This document shows, one piece after another, positions 1 through 9,218 of a DNA stretch of 64,000 bases; the first letter of the stretch is position 1; every line of letters starts with the position of its first letter. The notes under the pieces were generated by a model. It ran no database searches, was not told the origin of the DNA, and saw nothing but the letters and a program-made list of their open reading frames with translations. Made by a program: the position numbers and the translations under genes. Location: contig JAFGCN010000018.1 of assembly GCA_016932615.1 (NCBI GenBank), positions 3,495 through 67,494 on the forward strand. Reading direction: 5' to 3'. Origin of the DNA: Candidatus Aenigmatarchaeota archaeon. Lineage in GTDB: Archaea > Aenigmatarchaeota > Aenigmatarchaeia > QMZS01.

Positions 1-459
1 CCAGGCGCAGGGCTGAACCTTTATCTTGCTTGTCTTGAAGTCGAGCTCCCCGTAATCGTATCTAACTGTGCAGTTACGGCCGACCCCTCTTTCATCGACA
101 CCCTTGCCTACAAGATACCAGTCATCCCCCCTCAAAAACCAAATCTTATTGATGCAAAGGTCATAATCTCCATAAATCCTAAGGCCCTCAGGGTAAACCG
201 GCTCATTAAACGAAAAGACAATTTGCGCAGAAAGGTTCCAGCTTTGCTTCTCCCAGGAAGCGTGGTCTATTGGCGCTGTGCCGCAGTCCAGGTCAGAGTC
301 CGGAGCCCCTATTGCGTATTTTGCCTCATGGCCTAAAAGCTCGCTTGTCGCATCTGCGAAAAGCGCATACTGGCAGGTTTCCCCTGCATTTGCTGGAGAC
401 AGGCAAACCACAAATATTGCCAGAATAAGCAATTCCCGAAATCCTGCCCTTTCTTTCAT
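1..459 (-). CDS. secreted hypothetical protein, truncated by the window edge
   Basis: Own minus-strand translation from ATG at 459: MKERAGFRELLILAIFVVCLSPANAGETCQY..., with a signal-peptide-like N-terminus. The frame stays open to position 1. It is absent from the ORF track because it has no stop in the window. Confidence 0.55.
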   Translation of the reverse strand, partial: MKERAGFRELLILAIFVVCLSPANAGETCQYALFADATSELLGHEAKYAIGAPDSDLDCGTAPIDHASWEKQSWNLSAQIVFSFNEPVYPEGLRIYGDYDLCINKIWFLRGDDWYLVGKGVDERGVGRNCTVRYDYGELDFKTSKIKVQPCAW

Positions 460-489
460 AAGTGAAAATGAAATAAGGTATTAAGCCGC

Positions 490-1206
490 TCAGCCAGGAT
501 ACCTTACCATTATAGTCACATTTCTCATGAGAAATGATTCAGGGCCCTGTTCAACTGAGCTTTGCATCCCCACATAGACATCAATTTTCTTCCCTTTCTC
601 GCCGTGAAAAGTGTCACCAGTATGGAAAACCTTTGACTCCAAAAGCTCATTAACCCACGGCTCGTTATTCGCTGAATCTTTACCGAGGTCCAGAAATATT
701 ATTTCAGTTCCCTTTGGAAGCGGCGGGTTTACTGCAACGCTTGGCTTATCCCCCGTCCAGGGCACAAGCTCATTTTGGTAAGCCCCAATCGAACGTTTTT
801 CCAGATAGTAGGTTTTTCCGTCATCAAGCTGATAATCGTAATGCAGGTATTGCCCGGAGTTATTTATTTCGTCCCCTTTTCCAGAGCCGTCCACCATTGC
901 CTGCTCCAAAAAGTCCTCCCTGTAAAAGCCAAGGGAATTTCCAAACTCGTCAAATACCTCCACCTTCTTCCCACTGTACAGCCGCTCATCCAGGTTTTGG
1001 TAAGAAGTAACTGTCCAGCCACTGGAAACTTCATACCTGCCAGAAACTTCCGGTACCTCCCTTAATACAATAACGGGGCTGCTATCTGCGCCATCTAAAT
1101 CCAATACTGGGGCCGCTACTGACAGAATTATTGCTAAAACAATTGCTGCGCCCAGAACAATAAGCATATTGCCTGATGGCCCAAAATATTTTTTTGACCT
1201 CCCCAT
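490..1206 (-). CDS. membrane-anchored 3D-domain (MltA-like lytic transglycosylase fold) protein
   Basis: N-terminal TM (LIVLGAAIVLAIILSVAAPVL). The C-terminal stretch SVAVNPPLPKGTEIIF...TGDTFHGEKGKKIDVYVG resembles the 3D-domain signature (IAVDP..G..., GD.G..I.G..ID.Y). Confidence 0.5.
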   Translation of the reverse strand: MGRSKKYFGPSGNMLIVLGAAIVLAIILSVAAPVLDLDGADSSPVIVLREVPEVSGRYEVSSGWTVTSYQNLDERLYSGKKVEVFDEFGNSLGFYREDFLEQAMVDGSGKGDEINNSGQYLHYDYQLDDGKTYYLEKRSIGAYQNELVPWTGDKPSVAVNPPLPKGTEIIFLDLGKDSANNEPWVNELLESKVFHTGDTFHGEKGKKIDVYVGMQSSVEQGPESFLMRNVTIMVRYPG

Positions 1207-1236
1207 AATATTTATGTTAACTGTGCAGAAAATGCC

Positions 1237-2298
1237 TTATATTGGCTTACTGAGGAAAGAGCGTGTTGCCCTGAGGGAAGTTTCCACTGCGCTTATTTCT
1301 TCCTCTGACATCGAAGGGTAAATTGGAACCGAGACTGCCCTCCCTTGGGCCTTTTCGGTATTTGGAAAAATCCTGGCATTAAGCCCAAGGTAGCTGTGGA
1401 GAGGCCTGAAAATCGGCCTTGCGCACATCACTCCTCTCCTGCCCATTTCCCCGATGAAATTTTCCGGGTCTTCAACCTCCACAACATACCTGAAGCATAT
1501 GCTCCCTTCAGCCCTTTTTGGCGCCCGCCCAAACTCCTTAATAATCTTGTCATAGCGGGCTGCAATGGCCCTTCTTTTTTTTATAAAAGAGCCAAGCATT
1601 TTTAGCTGGCTTCTTCCCAGGGCCGCCTGAAAGTCAGTCATTGCCATATTGTAAGATACGAGGTAGCTTTCCCTCCCGTCATATTGCGTCATGTCTCTGA
1701 GTTTTTCAAGAATCTCTTTTGAGTGGGTTGTCACCATCCCGCCCTGCCCGGTGGTAAAGACCTTTGTCGCGTAAAATGAAAAAATCGACAGCTTTCCAAA
1801 GCTTCCAATCTTCTTTCCTTTAAACTCTCCCCCTACCGACTGGGCGCAGTCCTCGATTATCGGGACTTTTAGCTTAAGGAATTTATCAATCCTTGCTGGA
1901 GACCCAAACATGTGCGGGACAATTACTGCCTTTGTTTTTGAAGTAATTTTGCTCTCAACCGAGTCGGGGCTGATATTGTATCCTTCCTCCTCAATATCCG
2001 CTAAAACTGGCCTTGCGCCAGCAAGGTTTATTGCACTTAATACTGATGCGCAGACGTAGCTTGGAAGAATAACCTCATCGCCTTTTTTTATGCCAAGGGC
2101 TTTCAGCGAAAGAAAAAGCGCATTTGTGCCGGAGTTTACCGCAACTCCCCCAAGCGACCCGATATATCTGCTAAGCTCTTTTTCAAAAAATCCTGTTTCC
2201 TCCCCTGTCGCGATTTTTCCTCCCCGAAGGTTTGAGGCGGCTTTCTGCACATCATCTTCGCTTATTGTTGGCCTCGAGTGGGGAATTATTCGTTTCAT
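1237..2298 (-). CDS. DegT/DnrJ/EryC1-family PLP-dependent sugar aminotransferase
   Basis: 353 aa. Family-typical segments are NSGTNALFLSLKALGIKKGDEVILPSYV and FSFYATKVFTTGQGGMV (PLP lysine context). Confidence 0.8.
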   Translation of the reverse strand: MKRIIPHSRPTISEDDVQKAASNLRGGKIATGEETGFFEKELSRYIGSLGGVAVNSGTNALFLSLKALGIKKGDEVILPSYVCASVLSAINLAGARPVLADIEEEGYNISPDSVESKITSKTKAVIVPHMFGSPARIDKFLKLKVPIIEDCAQSVGGEFKGKKIGSFGKLSIFSFYATKVFTTGQGGMVTTHSKEILEKLRDMTQYDGRESYLVSYNMAMTDFQAALGRSQLKMLGSFIKKRRAIAARYDKIIKEFGRAPKRAEGSICFRYVVEVEDPENFIGEMGRRGVMCARPIFRPLHSYLGLNARIFPNTEKAQGRAVSVPIYPSMSEEEISAVETSLRATRSFLSKPI

Positions 2299-2300
2299 AA

Positions 2301-3086
2301 TTATCCTTCTATTGCCTTAACAACTTCAGCCATAAATCCCTCATAAATCTCCCTGCCCCTCCTGCTGTCAACGTGAATTTTCCCTTCTGCCAAAAAATCC
2401 AGTATCCGGCTTTCTTTTGCGTACCTTCCAAGCACCCAAAAATCCTTTCCGTACTTTCTCTCGCTATCTTCGAGAAACCAGAAACCCGAAAGGCCTAATA
2501 ACGGAGGCCATCTTCTCAGGGCTTCTTCAGGGCCTTTCTCTTTTGCAAATTTGTGGATTTCCCTCAAGCCCCCCTCTTTGAAGTGCCCAAGGTATTTCAG
2601 CAAAGAATGCTCCTCGTCACCAGCATGCATGCCAAATTCTTCCCCAGGAAAAACGCAGGCAGTTTCTATTCCAATCTTTTTCTGGATAATGCCTCCAAAA
2701 TCGCCAGGGATTCCTCCATGCCCAACCACAATGACTATCCTTAGGCCCTCCCCTCCAAACAGGCTTCCCTTTTGCAGTATTCTTGCATTTTCCTCAACTA
2801 CGGACTTCACAAATTTAAGGGACAGGGCGTAAAACTTTTCGAGTGGAAGGTATGCCGGCGCCCAGGATTTTGCGATATCTCCCACCCCGTCTGTAGTGAA
2901 TGGAATGTGCCCCGCATAAATTGCACCCGTTCTCCTGGCCGCATCAGTTGCAGCAGTCATGGCAAAAAAGGAATCGGTATCATGAAACAGCGCGGGCCCA
3001 TGAGCTTCCCCGCCATTCCCGATGCTAAAGACAAGAACATTTGAGTTCTTCTGCCTTGCCAGCATCTCGCCATACTTGACGCCCAT
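2301..3086 (-). CDS. creatininase-family-like metal amidohydrolase, paralog A
   Basis: GEAHGPALFHDTDS, VGHGGIP and GMHAGDEEHS resemble the creatininase/ArfB motifs E.HG...TD, GHGG and HAGE.ETS. It is clearly paralogous to the next gene. Confidence 0.45.
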   Translation of the reverse strand: MGVKYGEMLARQKNSNVLVFSIGNGGEAHGPALFHDTDSFFAMTAATDAARRTGAIYAGHIPFTTDGVGDIAKSWAPAYLPLEKFYALSLKFVKSVVEENARILQKGSLFGGEGLRIVIVVGHGGIPGDFGGIIQKKIGIETACVFPGEEFGMHAGDEEHSLLKYLGHFKEGGLREIHKFAKEKGPEEALRRWPPLLGLSGFWFLEDSERKYGKDFWVLGRYAKESRILDFLAEGKIHVDSRRGREIYEGFMAEVVKAIEG

Positions 3087-3088
3087 AA

Positions 3089-3886
3089 TTAGCTTTCAAT
3101 TGCCTTAACAACATCACTTACAAAACCTTCGTACGCCTTCTGGCCTTTCTGGGCATCGATGCGCAGGTTTTTGTCCTGTAAAAAAGCCTCGACCCGCTCA
3201 ACCTTCCCCGGCCTCCTGAGCATCTGGAAGTCATCTATATCAAAGCCATCAAGAGCGTAAGGATGCCTTTTCTTGACCTCATCGAAAATTCCTTCATCGT
3301 ACCAATAGCCGGAAAGCCCAAAAAGCTGAGGCCATCTGGCCAGCGCTTCCCTTGGTTCCCTCTGGGCGGTTTCCTGAACCTCGTCCAGGCCCTCCTTGCT
3401 GAAATAGTCCAGGTAAACCATCAGTGAATGCTCTTCGTCGCCCGCGTGCATTCCAAAATCCGCCCCGGGGAAAACGCACTTTGCATCCACCCCAAGCGCT
3501 TCATGTATGACTGTTTCAAGCTCCCTTGGGATGCCGCCATGGCCTGCAACGATAACCACCTCGGGCTTCCTGCCGGAAATTCCCTGATAATATTCCACAA
3601 TCGGCTTAAGGAAGCCCAAAGTGGAGCTGTAGAAGTCCTCAACTGGAAGGTACGCTGGCATCCAGGCCCTGGCAGCTTCGCCGACACGGTCTGTCGTGTA
3701 AGGTATGCGGCCGGCATAACGCGCGCCCGTTTTTTCCGCTGCCTCTATCGCAGCAGAAGTTGCAACATAAGAATCAGTATCCTCATACAATGCGCCGCCA
3801 TGGCATTCGCTTTCGTTTCCCATGCTAAACACCAAAGTCTCGGTATGCCCCAATTCCCTTAACATCTCCCCATAGGCGTCTTTCAT
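3089..3886 (-). CDS. creatininase-family-like metal amidohydrolase, paralog B
   Basis: SECHGGALYEDTDS, AGHGGIP and GMHAGDEEHS. It is collinear with 2301-3086 over its whole length (AYLP.E.FY, CVFPG..FGMHAGDEEHSL, RWP.LFGLSG.W). Confidence 0.45.
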   Translation of the reverse strand: MKDAYGEMLRELGHTETLVFSMGNESECHGGALYEDTDSYVATSAAIEAAEKTGARYAGRIPYTTDRVGEAARAWMPAYLPVEDFYSSTLGFLKPIVEYYQGISGRKPEVVIVAGHGGIPRELETVIHEALGVDAKCVFPGADFGMHAGDEEHSLMVYLDYFSKEGLDEVQETAQREPREALARWPQLFGLSGYWYDEGIFDEVKKRHPYALDGFDIDDFQMLRRPGKVERVEAFLQDKNLRIDAQKGQKAYEGFVSDVVKAIES

Positions 3887-4395
3887 ATTTCTTTATCCCC
3901 CAAATCCAAAAACCTTTCGTAAACCACCCTCATAAGCCCATCGGTTCCCGGGACAGTGCCCATCCTGGTGTAGCCCTGGCCTTCGTAAAGCATATTTGCC
4001 GCATTGTTTCCCGTCAGGGCCTTAAGCTCAAGGCGCCGTATGCCTTCCTTTTTGCATGCTTCGATATATAGCTCAAGCAGCTTTTTTCCAATTCCCGTTC
4101 TGCGTTGCTCTGAGCCCACAACAATCTTGTTAACCCTTGACGTAACCTCGTCAAACCTGGAGCCAATAATATAGCCCACAACACGCCCATCGATTTCAGC
4201 GGCAAAGCTTAGTTTCCACTTAAGGGGAATCTCCATAAGGAAGTTCTCCCTCGTCCAGGGAGTTTCGCCAAGGGCGGTCCAGTTGCACTCAAGCGCGAAA
4301 AAATCCTTCTCGTGCCTGATAAAATACTCTCTTGTAAGCTTCACAAAAGCCACTTTTTCGCTATGATTGGTTCCAGTTTTAATAGTAATCACCAT
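3883..4395 (-). CDS. GNAT-family N-acetyltransferase
   Basis: 170 aa. The acetyl-CoA motif is QRRTGIGKKLLE. Its stop overlaps the downstream start by 4 nt. Confidence 0.75.
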   Translation of the reverse strand: MVITIKTGTNHSEKVAFVKLTREYFIRHEKDFFALECNWTALGETPWTRENFLMEIPLKWKLSFAAEIDGRVVGYIIGSRFDEVTSRVNKIVVGSEQRRTGIGKKLLELYIEACKKEGIRRLELKALTGNNAANMLYEGQGYTRMGTVPGTDGLMRVVYERFLDLGDKEI

Positions 4396-4445
4396 AATAT
4401 AGTTATACCATCATTATATATTTCTATCCATAAATCTACAAGGAG

Positions 4446-5738
4446 TTACCACTTATTTCCCCAGTTTTTGCTCCTTCCCGTAAGAACCTCCAGCAAGACC
4501 CCGGAAAAGGACAGTATCCAAAGGGCGGAACTAAGGAACTTGAAGGCCATTATATGGTGATAATGGCGCGCGGTGTGCAGAAGCTCCCAAGGTATCTTCC
4601 TGGAGTCCCCTGAAAGCGCGGGCCCAAGCACCGGCGCGACGAAGGTAAGTGTAGTATCCCCTATCAGAAAATATGCTGCGTAAAGCGGATAAAAATAAAG
4701 GAGAAACGGAAAAAGCAATACCCCAACAGTATACACCGTAGCTTCTATCAGGCCGGGAAGGACGCTTAGGTATGCCAGCGACTTTGCTTTCGACCTCGGT
4801 CCAAAAATGCCCCTGCGTGTGTATATCACCTGCCAGGTTCCCTTGTACCACCGGTAGCTTTGCCGCAGCTGCCTTTGAAGGGTCGGGACATCCCCCGTGC
4901 TTACTATTGCGTCAGGCGCAAAGCTGATTTTGTATCCTTCTTCCTGCATCTTCCAGGTGTATGCCGTGTCCTCGGTCTGGACGTTCGTGGGTATAGGGAT
5001 TTTCCTTGCAATCTCAGAGCGGACCATAAACGAAGCCCCGCAGACGACGAAAACTCCCCGCCGGTAGCTTTGGGCGCTCTTCCTGAACTTGCTTATCCGG
5101 TTAATCCATTCTTTTCCAAAGTGGAAATATTTTGCGGCCCGGTTTTTGGGAGGTTTTACATATCCAAAAGAGGTTACAGCCGCAGCCCCCTCCAACTCAA
5201 TGCTTTCTACAAGCTTTCGTATAGTCCCGGAATGGAGTTTCAGCCCTGAATCAACAAAATAGACATACTCTCCCAGCTTTACTCCGGGGTCCCTTACAAG
5301 GGCGTTCAGCTTCTCTGATTTTGAGGTTATGCCCTTCCTGGACCAGTAATAGATTGCAGGAAACTCCTTCCTGAATCGGGCCAAGATGTTCTCCAGCTTT
5401 TCAACCTCTTCCCAGGTGTTATCCAGGTTTGAGTCCGAGACATAGATGTTCTTTATCGGGTAGTCCTGGCGAAGAACACTCCTTATCGACTTCTCGATAA
5501 TTCCTGATTCCCTGTGGGCAGAAATTACCACAGTAACTTCTCCCGCCTCACTAATGCTAACCCTGCCTGAAGGCCTCAGCTCTCCTTTCAGGTAGCCAGT
5601 GCCCTTTGGCTTAAGGGAAATTTTTCTGGATTTGACCCGGATATGATGGCAGGCCAAAGTCAAAACATCTATTGTAAGCGTTATAGGAAGCACAGCAAAA
5701 GGGACCGCAAGAAGCGCCAATAGTGCAGATAGGGACAT
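4446..5738 (-). CDS. membrane-embedded family 2 glycosyltransferase (processive type)
   Basis: N- and C-terminal TM helices. The GT-A core starts at VVISAHRESGIIEKSIRSVLRQDYP. LRQSYRWYKG is a Q(R/Q)xRW-like motif typical of processive beta-glycan synthases. Confidence 0.7.
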   Translation of the reverse strand: MSLSALLALLAVPFAVLPITLTIDVLTLACHHIRVKSRKISLKPKGTGYLKGELRPSGRVSISEAGEVTVVISAHRESGIIEKSIRSVLRQDYPIKNIYVSDSNLDNTWEEVEKLENILARFRKEFPAIYYWSRKGITSKSEKLNALVRDPGVKLGEYVYFVDSGLKLHSGTIRKLVESIELEGAAAVTSFGYVKPPKNRAAKYFHFGKEWINRISKFRKSAQSYRRGVFVVCGASFMVRSEIARKIPIPTNVQTEDTAYTWKMQEEGYKISFAPDAIVSTGDVPTLQRQLRQSYRWYKGTWQVIYTRRGIFGPRSKAKSLAYLSVLPGLIEATVYTVGVLLFPFLLYFYPLYAAYFLIGDTTLTFVAPVLGPALSGDSRKIPWELLHTARHYHHIMAFKFLSSALWILSFSGVLLEVLTGRSKNWGNKW

Positions 5739-5749
5739 TATCTGGCCCC

Positions 5750-6469
5750 TTATCCTATAATTTCCCCGGAAGCGGGAAGCCGGCCCAGGTTAAAAAGCGC
5801 GTCGATTGCAGACATGTAGGGCTCAAAACCCGGAAACCTTTGGGGGTATACCGGGTGCTTATAATCCTGAAACCTGACCTCTACATCCTTGAACAAGCCC
5901 AGGTCCATATAACACCTTCCTCCATCGCCGGACAGGTAGATTACCGCTCCGACAGCCCGGGAAATGTCTATCAGTGCCCTGGTTGCGCAAGTCGAGGAAA
6001 TATCCCCTTGAAGTTCTGAGAACAGGATTATCTTTGCTTTTATCCCAAAAGATTCCGCAAGGTACCTTATCAGTCTCAGGTTGAATTCTGCCAGGCTTTC
6101 GCCGGGATTTTCATATATTTCCTTCAGGCCAGGAAAGAATTTTTCAAAGAAAGGCGACTTCTTGTAGTTAGCCTCAATTTGCCTCAGGTGATATTGGTTC
6201 CAAGGGACATTTTTTATCCTTGCGTCCTTTTTTATCCTTATTGCGCTTAGGGGGGCCATCTTTTTCTCAATAGGCACATTAAGCCAAATCCAGCCATCGT
6301 TTATTCTGATTTTGTTCCTGTTATGAAAGTCGGACTCGACATACTGGCAGTCTTCCCTTATTACAAAAACTCCCGGCTCGCTGCCAAGCTCATCGACTGC
6401 CCTGAGCTTATCAAAAAAACCCAGGTATGGGAGAAAATTCGGCTGGTGCGCAGACATAACTTTTGACAT
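5750..6469 (-). CDS. WbqC-like family protein
   Basis: The N-terminus SAHQPNFLPYLGFFDKL matches the WbqC-family signature HQPNYLPWLGYF. Confidence 0.65.
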   Translation of the reverse strand: MSKVMSAHQPNFLPYLGFFDKLRAVDELGSEPGVFVIREDCQYVESDFHNRNKIRINDGWIWLNVPIEKKMAPLSAIRIKKDARIKNVPWNQYHLRQIEANYKKSPFFEKFFPGLKEIYENPGESLAEFNLRLIRYLAESFGIKAKIILFSELQGDISSTCATRALIDISRAVGAVIYLSGDGGRCYMDLGLFKDVEVRFQDYKHPVYPQRFPGFEPYMSAIDALFNLGRLPASGEIIG

Positions 6470-6477
6470 ATTCCACC

Positions 6478-7119
6478 CTAATCAAAATTCAGGATAAAAT
6501 GATTTGCAAAAAACGGCTCTGCATAAAAGTTTTCTCCAAGCTGCAGAGTTGAGGCATAATAGCTTGCGTCAATCTTTATCCTCCTTAAGTCAAGGTTATT
6601 GTATTTGGCAAGCTGGGACTTGAAAAGCTTTATTGTTTCTTCCTTTTTCCTCATATCCTCCTCATTTCCGACATGAAAAAGGTGGGGATGAAACTCAGAA
6701 ACTATTGTCGATGGGGACTTGTAGTTGAGTATTACCGGCACCCTCCTGCAGGCAATCGATGACGCCTTGGAGACCGTCCTATGGTCCTGGTGGGTATCCT
6801 TGCGAAAATGGGTATAAACGACATCGGGCTTTTCCATTTCGATAATTTTCTCAAGCATGTCTTTTACGGCAATGAGGTCTAAAAGATTAGCGTCTGGAAG
6901 GTGGAAGCAGTGCAGTTTTGCCAGCCCTAGCGACTTTGCGGAGCTTTCGGCCTCTTTTAGCCTTATTTGCGGGTCTCCGCCCCTCTCGCCATCAGTGCAG
7001 AGAACCCCCACAACATAATCGCCCTTTCTGATATGGTGTATTATCCTCATTCCTGCCCCTATCTCAAAGTCGTCAGGGTGCGCCCCTATGACCACCACTC
7101 TTGAAACCTTCCCTTCCAT
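6478..7119 (-). CDS. PIG-L/LmbE-family N-acetylglucosaminyl deacetylase
   Basis: VVVIGAHPDDFEIGAG is the PIG-L motif, and there is a downstream HQDH. The track start at 7134 is a TTG. The first ATG, at 7119, is used here. Confidence 0.75.
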   Translation of the reverse strand: MEGKVSRVVVIGAHPDDFEIGAGMRIIHHIRKGDYVVGVLCTDGERGGDPQIRLKEAESSAKSLGLAKLHCFHLPDANLLDLIAVKDMLEKIIEMEKPDVVYTHFRKDTHQDHRTVSKASSIACRRVPVILNYKSPSTIVSEFHPHLFHVGNEEDMRKKEETIKLFKSQLAKYNNLDLRRIKIDASYYASTLQLGENFYAEPFFANHFILNFD

Positions 7120-7238
7120 AGGGGTAATATGCAAGATATATATTTATACACTAGTTTCAAGTAGTAACTTATTGGTAATATCTTTCCTCAAGCGTAAACT
7201 CGCCTCATGGGCTTTTTAAGCCCGCCTGATGGCTGAAA

Positions 7239-9167
7239 CTAAGCCAACCTTTCCTTCAAATGTCTTATCTCGTCCCTAAGCTCTATTGCCTTCTCGAAGT
7301 CAAGCTCTTCTGAGGCCTGCTTCATCTGGCTTTCCAGCTCGACAAGCATGCCTGGAATGTCGGACTTGGGGATGTGCTTTGTGCCTTTCAGCTTTGTCTC
7401 GGCTTTCGGTATGGGCTTTATTATGGTCCTGGGCGTGATATGGTGGCGCTTGTTGTAGGCCATCTGAATTGTCCTCCTCCTTTCCGTCTCCTCTATCGCC
7501 CGCTTCATCGAGTCGGTCATCTTATCGGCGTAAAGGACGACTCTGGCGCTTGCGTTTCTCGAGGCCCTGCCGATAATCTGGATTAAGCTCTTTGTGTCCC
7601 GCAAAAAGCCCTCCTTGTCGGCGTCAAGTATCCCGATAAAGCCGACCTCAGGAATGTCGAGGCCTTCTCTCAGGAGGTTTATTCCGACCAGGACATCGAA
7701 CTCGCCAAGCCGAAGCTGGCGTATTATTTCGGTCCTTTCCAGGGTGTCGATTTCCGAGTGGAGGTACCTTGTCCTGATTTTCTTCGAGGCGAGGAAATCC
7801 GTAAGCTCTTCGGCAAGCTTCTTGGTAAGGGTGGTTAGAAGGACTCTTTCTCCCTTTTTGACTGTCTTTTCGATTTCCCTCATAGCGTCCTCAATCTGGC
7901 CTTCGGTCTTTCTCACTTCCAGTTCGGGGTCAAGAAGGCCGGTCGGGCGGATTATCTGCTCTACAACCTGGCCGGAATGGTTTAGCTCGTACTCAGCCGG
8001 CGTAGCTGAGACGAAAATAACCGACTTCATGAATTTTTCGAACTCGTGGAATTTTAACGGCCTGTTGTCAAAGGCGCTTGGAAGCCGGAAGCCATAGTCG
8101 ATTAATGCCTGCTTGCGTGACCTGTCGCCGTTGTACATCGCGTGAAGCTGGGGGATTGTCTGGTGGCTTTCGTCGATGAAAAGAAGGAAATCCTCAGAGA
8201 AATAGTCCAGAAGGCAGTAAGGCGGCTCGCCTGGCTTTCTGCCGTCGAAGTGGCGGGAGTAGTTTTCAATGCCGTTGCAGTAGCCGGTCTCCTGAATCAT
8301 CTCAAGGTCGTACAGCGTCCTTTGCTTTAGCCGGTGGGCTTCGACAAGGTCAAGCTCCGGCAGTCGAGCCTCAAGCTCCGCTTTTATGGAGTCAACCGCC
8401 CGGCTTATAGTGTCCTGGGGAGTCACAAAATGCCTTGCCGGAAAGACGAAAAAGGAGGGGTAGTCTGTTACCTGAGTTGCCGTGTTCTTGTCGATTTCCC
8501 TGATTCTCTCAATCTCGTCTCCGAACATCTCGATTCTTAGGATGTTCTTGAAGTAGCCCGGGATAAAGTCAACCGTGTCGCCCTTTACCCTGAATCTTCC
8601 GGGCATAAGCTCGACGTCGTTACGCTCGAACTGTATGTCGATTAGTTTCCTTAGAAGCTCGTTTCTCTGTATCTTCTGCCCTACCCGTAAGTCGAACCCC
8701 ATGCCTTCGTAATTTTTCGGGTCTCCAAGGCCGTATATGCAGGATACCGAAGCGATTATTATCGTGTCCCTCCCCGAAAGAAGCGAGGCGGTTGCTGAGA
8801 GGCGCATCTGCTCGATCTTCTGGTTAATCTTTGCGTCCTTTTCGATATACATGTCCTTTTGGGGAATGTAGGACTCCGGCTGGTAATAGTCGTAATACGA
8901 GACGAAATATTCCACCCGGTTGTTTGGGAAAAACTCCCTGAACTCGGTGTAAAGCTGTGAGGCAAGCGTCTTGTTGTGGGCGATTATAAGGGTGGGCCTT
9001 TGCGCCCTGTTGATGATGTTTGCCATCGTGAAGGTCTTGCCGCTCCCCGTAACTCCAAGGAGAGTCTGGCACCTCATCTTATTTTCAAGTCCCCTGACAA
9101 GCCCCTCTATAGCCTGCGGCTGTGAGCCCGCCGGCTTAAAAGAGGCAGATAATCTGAAATTCTCCAT
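7239..9167 (-). CDS. uvrB: excinuclease ABC subunit B
   Basis: 642 aa. Walker A GVTGSGKTFTMA, FVSYYDYYQPESYIP beta-hairpin region, helicase motifs, and a C-terminal UVR-like helix ELDFEKAIELRDEIRHLK. Confidence 0.95.
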   Translation of the reverse strand: MENFRLSASFKPAGSQPQAIEGLVRGLENKMRCQTLLGVTGSGKTFTMANIINRAQRPTLIIAHNKTLASQLYTEFREFFPNNRVEYFVSYYDYYQPESYIPQKDMYIEKDAKINQKIEQMRLSATASLLSGRDTIIIASVSCIYGLGDPKNYEGMGFDLRVGQKIQRNELLRKLIDIQFERNDVELMPGRFRVKGDTVDFIPGYFKNILRIEMFGDEIERIREIDKNTATQVTDYPSFFVFPARHFVTPQDTISRAVDSIKAELEARLPELDLVEAHRLKQRTLYDLEMIQETGYCNGIENYSRHFDGRKPGEPPYCLLDYFSEDFLLFIDESHQTIPQLHAMYNGDRSRKQALIDYGFRLPSAFDNRPLKFHEFEKFMKSVIFVSATPAEYELNHSGQVVEQIIRPTGLLDPELEVRKTEGQIEDAMREIEKTVKKGERVLLTTLTKKLAEELTDFLASKKIRTRYLHSEIDTLERTEIIRQLRLGEFDVLVGINLLREGLDIPEVGFIGILDADKEGFLRDTKSLIQIIGRASRNASARVVLYADKMTDSMKRAIEETERRRTIQMAYNKRHHITPRTIIKPIPKAETKLKGTKHIPKSDIPGMLVELESQMKQASEELDFEKAIELRDEIRHLKERLA

Positions 9168-9218
9168 ACAAATGTTAGAAGGGCTTTAAACTATATATAG
9201 CCCTGCTTTGCTAGCAAA

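Noticed and set aside
278-484. 68-aa + strand track ORF.
   Set aside because: It is antisense to a longer signal-peptide-bearing ORF that runs off the window (1-459, minus strand), and its composition is poor.
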